Part shown: in pieces, positions 52,678 through 60,484 of the stretch
How positions within the stretch are numbered: position 1 is the stretch's first letter
How the letters are laid out: the number at the start of each line of letters is the position of its first letter
Program-made: the position numbers and the translations under genes
Notes under the pieces: model-generated
What the model saw: the letters and a program-made list of their open reading frames with translations, nothing else
What the model was told of the DNA's origin: nothing
Database searches by the model: none
Assembly (NCBI GenBank): GCA_049297775.1
Contig: JBAQUX010000025.1
Coordinates: 122,835 to 186,834 of the forward strand
Direction of reading: 5' to 3'
Origin: Minisyncoccia bacterium
GTDB taxonomy: Bacteria > Patescibacteriota > Minisyncoccia > Phycocordibacterales > UBA2100
DNA: 64,000 bases

Positions 52678-53043
52678 CTACATAGTGCGTGCACGAGCTT
52701 TATTTTCTGCGATTCTGAATTTCACAATTTTTTGTATGAGACCGCGAGGAAGCTTCGTGGTGTACGGAAACTGAATTGTACCCTTGGAGCAGGTGTACTG
52801 CGTAAGCAAGTCCCTAAACTCACTGACACCAGATGACGCCGGAAAGAAACCCAAATGTTTTTTAAATGCACCGAAATGAACGAGATATCTTCCATGCAAC
52901 TTGTAGGACGGGATACCGTATCCGATACATTCCTCGGCATGAGGTGCAGAGGCATGAACCAATGCTCGCATTTCGTTAAGAACAGATTGTATTTCCTTTG
53001 GGTAACTGCGTATATACGCATCTACAGTGGCGTATGCTTTCAT
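52678..53043 (-). CDS. DUF1801 (YdhG-like) domain protein
   Basis: MKAYATVDAYIRSYPKEIQSVLNEMRALVHASAPHAEECIGYGIPSY... pattern. Confidence 0.65.
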   Translation of the reverse strand: MKAYATVDAYIRSYPKEIQSVLNEMRALVHASAPHAEECIGYGIPSYKLHGRYLVHFGAFKKHLGFFPASSGVSEFRDLLTQYTCSKGTIQFPYTTKLPRGLIQKIVKFRIAENKARARTM

Positions 53044-53131
53044 ATATTACTATCGTAACAAATTTTTTCTACTACAAATAGCTGTGCTTTAGTGACTGTT
53101 CTATTACCCTTCTGAGGTGTATAACTAATAC

Positions 53132-53482
53132 ATGAGCATATTTCTCACTGTACGCCTGAGAACTTTTTTCTACGCACTCATAGCGATTGCCTTGCTCTGG
53201 GCATGTCTTGTTGTTGCCATGTGGAGCTGGCGAAAGGATGGTCAACCATATACGTCTGGTGTCGTTATACATACTATGTCTCAGCATATCGTTATTACTC
53301 GGACGAATGGTGACACAGAACAAATACTGTTTGAACCTGGTACTGTCATTCACCGCGGACGCACGCACTCCACAGATGATATTCGCATCGGAGAACACAT
53401 AATTGCGGGTGGTCGCTATGGTCCGGATGGACAATTTCATGCACAAGTGATTCGCGTCATCACCACAGAAACTGCGCAATAA
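53132..53482 (+). CDS. Hypothetical membrane-anchored small protein
   Basis: N-terminal TM plus a ~80-aa soluble domain; preferred over the Cys/Arg-rich antisense ORF 53072..53635. Confidence 0.5.
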   Translation: MSIFLTVRLRTFFYALIAIALLWACLVVAMWSWRKDGQPYTSGVVIHTMSQHIVITRTNGDTEQILFEPGTVIHRGRTHSTDDIRIGEHIIAGGRYGPDGQFHAQVIRVITTETAQ

Positions 53483-53492
53483 ATACACATAT

Positions 53493-54074
53493 ATGCACGA
53501 GACACTCATGAGATACCTCCCCCGATTCATGATTGTTCTCACCGTTTCACTATGTGTAATTTTTACCCTTTTTCTTTCACCAGATACACTTATTGCATAC
53601 ATCGGTGTTGAGAATGGATATCTGCTGGTACTCATTCTCGCATTTATCAGTGGCGTCAGTGTCTTTGGTGTTGCACCGTATCACCTTATGCTCCTTACTT
53701 TAGCTGTTGGTGGTCTCAACCCCTGGTTCCTTGCACTTGCAGCAACTACAGGACTCGGCATCGGCGATAGCACATCATATTTTTTAGGATATCACGGGCG
53801 AAATATTGTCCCTACCACATTAGAACCACTGGTAGAGCGCATGACACATTTTTTTGAACGACACCATGACACCATTCCGCTCTATATTTTCCTGTACGGC
53901 ATGTTCGCACCATTTTCAAACGACTTCGTTGGAGTCACGTTAGGCGTACTCCGTTACCCATTTTTTCGTCTCATGATTCCCCTTCTTTCTGGAACTTTTA
54001 TTTTTAATGCGACCATTGGCCTTTTGGCGCCGAGCATGTACGACACGCTCCTCACGGTCATTTCATATATCTAG
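53493..54074 (+). CDS. DedA/VTT-domain membrane protein
   Basis: GDSTSYFLGYHG motif and multi-TM profile. Confidence 0.7.
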   Translation: MHETLMRYLPRFMIVLTVSLCVIFTLFLSPDTLIAYIGVENGYLLVLILAFISGVSVFGVAPYHLMLLTLAVGGLNPWFLALAATTGLGIGDSTSYFLGYHGRNIVPTTLEPLVERMTHFFERHHDTIPLYIFLYGMFAPFSNDFVGVTLGVLRYPFFRLMIPLLSGTFIFNATIGLLAPSMYDTLLTVISYI

Positions 54075-54160
54075 AACATACTTCCGTTGACTAGTTATCC
54101 CCATTGCGTAACCGTGCAAATACGCCATGATACAAAGACATTATTCAGTAAGAAACATCT

Positions 54161-54796
54161 ATGGAAGACACAGTACGAGACGCACTCACCTGGCGATACG
54201 CAACGAAAACATTTATCAAAGAGAAGCGCGTGCCGAACGAAATTCTAGAATCGATTATTGAAGCGGGACGTATGGCACCAACAGCATATGGCCTACAACC
54301 ATTTCGCATCGTGCACATTGTGAACCCTGCGTTACGTGAACAACTTAAAGCGGTTTCATTTGGACAACCACAAGTAACAGATGCGGGTGATTTGTTTCTT
54401 ATTGCGCGACGAACTGACATCACTGATGCGTTTGTCGATGAGTACGTTGGTCGTATCTCTACAGAACGAGGTGTACCACTCGAAAACCTGAAAGGATTCG
54501 GAGATATGATGAAGGGCGACATTATCGGACGCGACGAAGCAGGACGCGCAATGTGGGCAGGGCGCCAAGCATACATCGCACTGGGCGCCATGATAGAAAC
54601 TACTGCACTCCTCCACGTAGACGGCTTTCCGATGGAAGGGTTCATGCCTGGCAAGGTTGATGAAGTGCTCGGCTTACCTGCCTTGAACCTCGCAAGCTTG
54701 GGATATTTTGCTGTAGGCTACCGTGACGAAAGCGATGTTGTTGCGTCATACAAAAAAGTTCGTGTATCTCGTGCAAACATTGTTGTAGAAAAGTAA
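54161..54796 (+). CDS. Nitroreductase-family NAD(P)H flavin oxidoreductase
   Basis: RYATKTF...PTAYGLQPFRIV N-terminus; 211 aa. Confidence 0.8.
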   Translation: MEDTVRDALTWRYATKTFIKEKRVPNEILESIIEAGRMAPTAYGLQPFRIVHIVNPALREQLKAVSFGQPQVTDAGDLFLIARRTDITDAFVDEYVGRISTERGVPLENLKGFGDMMKGDIIGRDEAGRAMWAGRQAYIALGAMIETTALLHVDGFPMEGFMPGKVDEVLGLPALNLASLGYFAVGYRDESDVVASYKKVRVSRANIVVEK

Positions 54797-54811
54797 TTGC
54801 AGATAGTAGTA

Positions 54812-54848
54812 AAAACACCCGTGGACTTCGTCCACGGGTGTTTTTATA
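54812..54848. terminator. Rho-independent terminator (bidirectional)
   Basis: aaaaACACCCGTGGActtcgTCCACGGGTGTtttt. Confidence 0.8.
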
Positions 54849-54853
54849 TACCT

Positions 54854-56053
54854 CTACTTCTTTGCACAACCCTCAGCCAATTTTGCGCGAGTCATTTTCC
54901 CCACACCGCTTACCGTGGTAACAAAACTCATGCCATGCGCCTTTTGCCAAAGTACAACTGCGCGCGCGGTTTTTTGTCCGTAATATCCAGTTACCCCTGT
55001 ATCGCTCCCGAAAATAAATTTTTGTAACTTTGAAACTTCGCCCTTCGTGCGTGCATCTGTAGATCCGAGTACCAAGTTTTGTGTGAGCTCAAGACAACTT
55101 GTTGTGGTCGGTACCTGTGTATCTTTTCGCAATCCTGCAATCGTACGCGCGAGTATCGCGTGGTAATGATCATCACGCATTAGCTGTATACGCACGCCGG
55201 TAATAGTAGGAAACTGCCGTAATGTCTTCTCGATTGATTCATATACGATATTTGAAAGATCGGCGCGCTCAAAGAAAACTTCAGCACGAGAATCAAAATT
55301 AATGGTAGCAATACCGTTTTCAAGTGAGATACCTTGATAGTACACATCAAGATGTAAATCACGATACGTTACGTCATATTTTGGATGCGCAAGGTCAGCT
55401 GTTTTGAACCAGTCAATGTTGATGCCCATCTCACGACTGAGCGCATACGAACTGAAAGGATTGAAGGCGACAGCAGTATCAAATTGTCCGCCACCACCGA
55501 GTAATATTCGGAGCGCTTGGTCTGCAACACGCGGTGTATATTTTGGCGCAGGATAACTCGTAAGTGATAGAAATCCTCCATTCTTTTTTGGATAGTACAG
55601 AGTATACGTGACGGTTGGTGCATCACCGGAGCCAATACGGTCCCCACGTGCATTTGTTGCGTTTGAGCACAATATATTTACCACGCGCATCGTTTTAGGA
55701 CCAATACTTCCCGCCTCAACATCCATGCGATCAGTGATGATGCCGTGCTTTAACTGCCACATTGCGAGCAGTGCACGTGTCGGTTCATCAAACACACCAG
55801 GAACGCCTGGACCCATACCACCCAAATTAAATGTATTTACCACATCTGATTCACCAATCATTTGCTGTAATCCCACTATCGGACCAATGTCACTCTCGTT
55901 CATGTCTTTGTCGCCCAATTTTAAGGTTGACCAACCCTGTGCATGATCACACGGCCCAAGCATGGTCGCCTGTGCTGTGGTTGGCATTCCGCCCTGTAAC
56001 ACAAAAATGAGTGCGAGTAATGAGAGCGCGGAGAAGATGCGGTGTTGTATCAT
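54854..56053 (-). CDS. Exported protein with two peptidoglycan-binding (PG_binding_1) domains flanking a GerMN-like domain
   Basis: The C-terminal VSKLQKFIFGSDTGVTGYYGQKTARAVVLWQKAHGM and an N-terminal ...DEPTRALLAMWQLKHGI match the PGBD helix-bundle pattern. Signal peptide MIQHRIFSALSLLALIFVL. Confidence 0.6.
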   Translation of the reverse strand: MIQHRIFSALSLLALIFVLQGGMPTTAQATMLGPCDHAQGWSTLKLGDKDMNESDIGPIVGLQQMIGESDVVNTFNLGGMGPGVPGVFDEPTRALLAMWQLKHGIITDRMDVEAGSIGPKTMRVVNILCSNATNARGDRIGSGDAPTVTYTLYYPKKNGGFLSLTSYPAPKYTPRVADQALRILLGGGGQFDTAVAFNPFSSYALSREMGINIDWFKTADLAHPKYDVTYRDLHLDVYYQGISLENGIATINFDSRAEVFFERADLSNIVYESIEKTLRQFPTITGVRIQLMRDDHYHAILARTIAGLRKDTQVPTTTSCLELTQNLVLGSTDARTKGEVSKLQKFIFGSDTGVTGYYGQKTARAVVLWQKAHGMSFVTTVSGVGKMTRAKLAEGCAKK

Positions 56054-56091
56054 ATATATTGTTACTACGTAATACGAGAATGGTAGCATAG

Positions 56092-57345
56092 CTATTTCTC
56101 TTCTGACACTTCTCTCGTAAGACGGGTACTATCCCGAAGTGTTGCGCGAATATTAGAAACCAATGCTCGTGTTACTTTGTCGTAGCGCTTTTTAAATGCT
56201 ACGCGATTCTCTCGATATGCACGCGTTTGTGTGTATGCCTGCTTCCAATGCTCTTCAGGAACCTCCAATATTTCTTTTCTCCACATAATTATATTTTTCA
56301 GTGCACGAACCAGTATCTCAGTATCTGTCGCATTAAACGGTGGCCCCTCACGCAACAAGCGTTCGGCATCAGCAATAAAACGCGTGCGCATGTATTTGTA
56401 CTGATCACCGAGGAGTACTCCTGAGTTAGGTAATGCACTTCTGTCTGCATGCGGGACGGTCAGTACTGAGGTGTGCAGTGGTAGTGACTCGTGCTCGTTT
56501 ACATATGTTGCAGCAGAAATACGATGCGGGACAGTTCGCTCTGCGACATCACGAGTGATATCAAGACGCTCATGCACTGACGCCATGTTACGAAGGAGTC
56601 TGAGCATACCCTCACCTCCTGCACGCTCCACGCGTCGCGCAAGTGTCCTAAAGGAAAGCACACCCAGAAACGTGCGGTACACATCGTCACGAACTGCCTC
56701 ATACGGAACTTGTTCATGTTTAGCAAGCACAGATATTACATCACGCACCGTATCCACTTGGTCTGGGTATTCCATGCGTACCTGCCAAAACATATCAAGT
56801 CGTCGCTCCATAGGCGTCTCTTCACCATATGGAAGAACAGAGAGGTAACGTTCAAAAATGCGCGCCGCATATTTTCGTAGTATGTGTTGTGTGAGTCCCT
56901 CAACGACACCTTCATCTACTCCCATCCAGTAGCGTCCACGGCGAATCTGAATAAACATATGATGAATAAATTCATGTATGACAATTTCAAGCTTCCTATG
57001 GACATCGTCTGTTTGTGCAAGGCGCACTAATTCAGCTTTACGGTCATGATGACCGCCGGCGCCAGAACCAAGGTTCGGTACTTGGGATATTTTCACCATA
57101 TCAGGTCCCATTTTTTCTGCGCGCTCGGTTACTCGTTCATTCAGTGCCCCCAAGTGCAAAAGCTCGTCACGAATCAAATCGGCAGCAAACTCAAAGAGTT
57201 CTTTTTCTTCAGGTGTTGGGTCCTTCACCAGTTTTTTAGCAAGGTCTGCCAGGTAACTATTGCGAAAATCTCTGAATGACTCAATCGGTGCACGTACAAT
57301 ATCCGTACCAAAGTCCTTCAACGCCTGAAAACGCTCACGAATCAT
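56092..57345 (-). CDS. Hypothetical protein with an HExxH motif (HEFIHH), a possible metallopeptidase
   Basis: 417-aa ORF; the only recognisable feature is IVIHEFIHHMF. Confidence 0.5.
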   Translation of the reverse strand: MIRERFQALKDFGTDIVRAPIESFRDFRNSYLADLAKKLVKDPTPEEKELFEFAADLIRDELLHLGALNERVTERAEKMGPDMVKISQVPNLGSGAGGHHDRKAELVRLAQTDDVHRKLEIVIHEFIHHMFIQIRRGRYWMGVDEGVVEGLTQHILRKYAARIFERYLSVLPYGEETPMERRLDMFWQVRMEYPDQVDTVRDVISVLAKHEQVPYEAVRDDVYRTFLGVLSFRTLARRVERAGGEGMLRLLRNMASVHERLDITRDVAERTVPHRISAATYVNEHESLPLHTSVLTVPHADRSALPNSGVLLGDQYKYMRTRFIADAERLLREGPPFNATDTEILVRALKNIIMWRKEILEVPEEHWKQAYTQTRAYRENRVAFKKRYDKVTRALVSNIRATLRDSTRLTREVSEEK

Positions 57346-57404
57346 GTCATAAGTATATCAGAGCAACATCTGAGAAAAACATCTACATGCACCACTATTC
57401 AAAC

Positions 57405-57836
57405 CTACTGCTCGTACAATACAAAATGAGGAATCCTGTCGAGACCAATGTAGTTGAACATCTTGTAATTTGCACGACGCGCTGTAGGCGGTAGCTGGCG
57501 CATCTTGAGATGCCGTTTAGGAATAAATGGATAAAAATGAATTACCTGTCGTTCCTTCCCTTTTTCTTTCCAGGTAAAGTTGGCGATAAGTGCGGGGGTC
57601 ATGTACCCGGATTTCAAAACCTTTTCCATAATATCCCACCCAGCCCCGAAGATGACTGGCGTGGGCTTCTTGTTATTCGTCTTTACCTGCGCACGGAACG
57701 AACACCCGACGCACTGCACATCGTAGAGAGGGTAGTTCTTGGGGAGTCGCATAAGTCTCTTCCCACAGTTCGGACACGGCACGAGCGCAACTACCTGATC
57801 TTCACCTTTGTCGCCAGCATCTTGGTTTTTAGACAT
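57405..57836 (-). CDS. Zinc-ribbon protein with a possible PD-(D/E)xK-like nuclease core
   Basis: CPNCGKRL...CVGC four-Cys ribbon; an E...D...QVK spacing resembles a nuclease core. The assignment is speculative. Confidence 0.4.
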   Translation of the reverse strand: MSKNQDAGDKGEDQVVALVPCPNCGKRLMRLPKNYPLYDVQCVGCSFRAQVKTNNKKPTPVIFGAGWDIMEKVLKSGYMTPALIANFTWKEKGKERQVIHFYPFIPKRHLKMRQLPPTARRANYKMFNYIGLDRIPHFVLYEQ

Positions 57837-57935
57837 ATGTCTATTAGATCACTTTGTGGCATGTACCACAAACAGTATTAAATAACAGGAAAAGTTATGA
57901 TAAAATACTGCAATTACTATCAACAATTCAAAAAT

Positions 57936-58277
57936 ATGAAAAAGTTTATTGTTCTCTATTGCATGCCAAGTACAGGATTACAGGATTGGATGAAACTCCC
58001 CGCTGAGGAACGTCAGGCTGAAGAAAGCAAACTCAAGGCGCTTTGGGATACATGGGCATCGGCACAAGGCGCATCCCTACTCCTTACTGCAGCTGCAGGT
58101 AAGAACACTCGGGTCACAGCTGAAGGTGCTACAGAAGCGAGTAACGACCTCATGATGTACTCATTGGTTGAGGCAGAAGATAAGGAAAAGGCAACGGCAA
58201 TGTTTGTGGGACACCCACACCTTCAAATCCCGGGCGCATGGATTGATGTCATGCCTGCGACAAAAATGGGAATTTAA
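57936..58277 (+). CDS. Small hypothetical protein (~113 aa from MKKFIVLY)
   Basis: ORF followed by a terminator; no family recognised. Confidence 0.5.
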   Translation: MKKFIVLYCMPSTGLQDWMKLPAEERQAEESKLKALWDTWASAQGASLLLTAAAGKNTRVTAEGATEASNDLMMYSLVEAEDKEKATAMFVGHPHLQIPGAWIDVMPATKMGI

Positions 58278-58454
58278 TTATAATCTACCGCACACTTAAA
58301 AAGACCCCATGGGTCCTTTTTAAGTTATGTTTATGTTTGCGTAATGTAGACATTGCTTGTATTGGGGTGCTCACTTGATACAATATTTAATATGAGCACA
58401 ACAGATTCAGAAATAGCACTTAATAATATTATTAAAAATTTTTCAGGTAATGGT

Positions 58455-59270
58455 ATGAATTCATTTAAAAAAATAATCCTTCTCGCCATTGCAGGCATAG
58501 TACTCTTTAACACATTTGGCATTATCCAAGCTGGCGATAGAGGCGTGAAGACACGTCTCGGAAAAATAGTTGGGATAGTTCAGCCAGGACCGTATTTTAA
58601 AATCCCTGTGCTCGAATCCATTTCAACAATGGACGTTCGTACGCGCACCATCAACTACGATAGAAATGGTAATGAAGGCGACGCAGCAGACACATCACAA
58701 ATTTTTGGCGCATCTAAAGACCTCCAAGATGTGAAGATAGGGGTTGTGGTTAACTATCACACAGACCCAGACAAAGTTACGGATATTTTTGCTCAGTACA
58801 GTTCTGTACAAAACTACGAAACAAATGTGCTCGAATCGATCGTCAGGAAGACAGTGAAATCTCTTTCCGCTTCCTACACAGCTGAAGAACTTGTAACAAA
58901 ACGAGCAGAGTTTAACGATAAGGTAACTGAAGACCTTACAGCTCAATTTTCTGAAAAATGGGCAATACTCGAAGCTGCCAACATAACCAATTTTGAATTT
59001 TCTGCAGATTTTACAAAAGCTATTGAAGCAAAAGTTACTGCGACACAAAACGCAGAAGCTGCACGAAATAAGCTCGAACAAGTAAAATTTGAAGCGCAAC
59101 AACAAATTGAAAGCGCAAAAGCCCAAGCCGAAGCGATACGTATACAAGCACAGGCTATTAATAGCCAAGGTGGTGCAGACTACGTAAACCTAAAAGCTGT
59201 AGAAAAGTGGGACGGTAAGTTACCAACTCAAATGATACCAGGATCTACTGTGCCGTTCTTACAACTATAA
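58455..59270 (+). CDS. SPFH/band-7 (prohibitin/HflC-like) membrane protein
   Basis: N-terminal TM, then the VQPGPYFKIPVLESISTMDVRTRTI SPFH core, then an Ala/Gln-rich coiled-coil tail. Start taken at MNSFKK. Confidence 0.8.
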   Translation: MNSFKKIILLAIAGIVLFNTFGIIQAGDRGVKTRLGKIVGIVQPGPYFKIPVLESISTMDVRTRTINYDRNGNEGDAADTSQIFGASKDLQDVKIGVVVNYHTDPDKVTDIFAQYSSVQNYETNVLESIVRKTVKSLSASYTAEELVTKRAEFNDKVTEDLTAQFSEKWAILEAANITNFEFSADFTKAIEAKVTATQNAEAARNKLEQVKFEAQQQIESAKAQAEAIRIQAQAINSQGGADYVNLKAVEKWDGKLPTQMIPGSTVPFLQL

Positions 59271-59401
59271 TTTCTAACTGAAATTTCTTAAAGAGACCCG
59301 TCCGGGTCTTTTTAAGTTAATAATATAATGCTAGATATTATGTAAAAGCAATACGCACCTTTAGCATGCGACAGCTTAGCTTCGACAGATGTCATTCTAT
59401 T

Positions 59402-59653
59402 TTATTCTCGATGCGGACAACCTGGCCAGCAACACGGACGGCGCTTACCTTGCGTTATTTCAGCATGAAGTCGTGTAATGTGCTCTTTTCTCGTCTCTGG
59501 TTTTTTAAACGAGATTACCCAGCATATCCACTCGTTGCGACCAAGCGGTGTGAGACTATTCCATGCATTTGCTACCTTTTCAGAAGATACGAGAACTTTT
59601 CGCAGGTCGGCAGGTACGCGGTGCACAACACCAGAAGATAGTGTTTTTGTCAT
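59402..59653 (-). CDS. YdeI/OmpD-associated family protein
   Basis: ...EWICWVISFKKPETRKEHITRL...CWPGCPHRE matches the family core. Confidence 0.65.
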   Translation of the reverse strand: MTKTLSSGVVHRVPADLRKVLVSSEKVANAWNSLTPLGRNEWICWVISFKKPETRKEHITRLHAEITQGKRRPCCWPGCPHRE

Positions 59654-59675
59654 AGTGTCATTTTAGCATATTCGG

Positions 59676-59795
59676 GAATGAGTTCACGGCTTTGATTACA
59701 ACGCGCAACGTGCCTATGCACGTTACTTCGGGCGCAAAAAATGCTCCGCTTTTTTTGCTGACTGACTCAGTCTGGAACCTCACACCTTGAGACCT
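59676..59795. repeat. Direct repeat copy 1: ~58-nt hairpin-containing element plus ~35 nt resembling a degenerate tRNA-Gln 3' half
   Basis: 59703-59760 gcgcaacgtgcctatgcacgttacttcgggcgcaaaaaatgctccgctttttttgctg is near-identical to 63461-63516. The following cagtctggaacctcacaccttgagac parallels the tRNA sequence cagacttggaatcgaaccaagattgagag. Confidence 0.7.
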
Positions 59796-59933
59796 TGTAA
59801 GGGTTCTTCGGGTACTTTTAGTGTAGCAAATTGAGACGTCTCAGTCTGGTCTCAATAGACACGATAGACACTATAAAAAGAGCTTAGGGAGTGTCTTGTG
59901 AGACCGTTTAAGGGTATTTACAGCTTTGACAAC

Positions 59934-60464
59934 CTAGCCGTAATAAATGCACAAACTGCTCAAAATCGGGAACATTACTTGGTACAACTGCCAGAGGAAG
60001 ATCCCCACAAAGAGCGCAAATGGTACAAGAAAAAACCATGGGTTCTTCCCCTTGTTTACCTCCTTCATCCTCTTAGTTTGACTAGTCACTTCCTTATACA
60101 AAGATTTAAAGAAATCAAAACCTAGGTAAATGATACTGAACGTCAAAAGCGTCTTAAGAGCATCGTTACCAGATTGCGTGAGATTCGATGCGTCACAATA
60201 TGACTGTGCAAGAAAGATAATAAACGATAGACTAGCACCTACCAAGAAAAGGGACTTCATGACCGCATGTCCAGCAAAAGCCCAAGCAACCATAGCAAGG
60301 ACTACGAGTTCAATTAGAAGTATCGTCCATCCTATTGTTTGGAATGTATCTTTAAAAAAAGTCATTCCTACAAACACAAGTGCAGACAACACCAAAAAGA
60401 TACTAAACTGAATTAGCTTTTCTTTGCTGCTTGCAAGTTCTCTAATCATTTCTTTTATTTTCAT
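59934..60464 (-). CDS. Hypothetical membrane protein (4 TM), co-directional with and 20 nt downstream of the KAP NTPase gene
   Basis: 176-aa ORF with four hydrophobic helices. Confidence 0.55.
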   Translation of the reverse strand: MKIKEMIRELASSKEKLIQFSIFLVLSALVFVGMTFFKDTFQTIGWTILLIELVVLAMVAWAFAGHAVMKSLFLVGASLSFIIFLAQSYCDASNLTQSGNDALKTLLTFSIIYLGFDFFKSLYKEVTSQTKRMKEVNKGKNPWFFLVPFALFVGIFLWQLYQVMFPILSSLCIYYG

Positions 60465-60484
60465 AGACTAATACTATCGGGGAT

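Noticed and set aside
53072-53635. 187-aa minus-strand ORF
   Set aside because: It overlaps the plus-strand genes 53132..53482 and 53493..54074, which have plausible TM and domain features, whereas this ORF is Cys/Arg-rich with no features.
54145-54654. 169-aa minus-strand ORF
   Set aside because: Antisense to the nitroreductase gene, which has clear family motifs.
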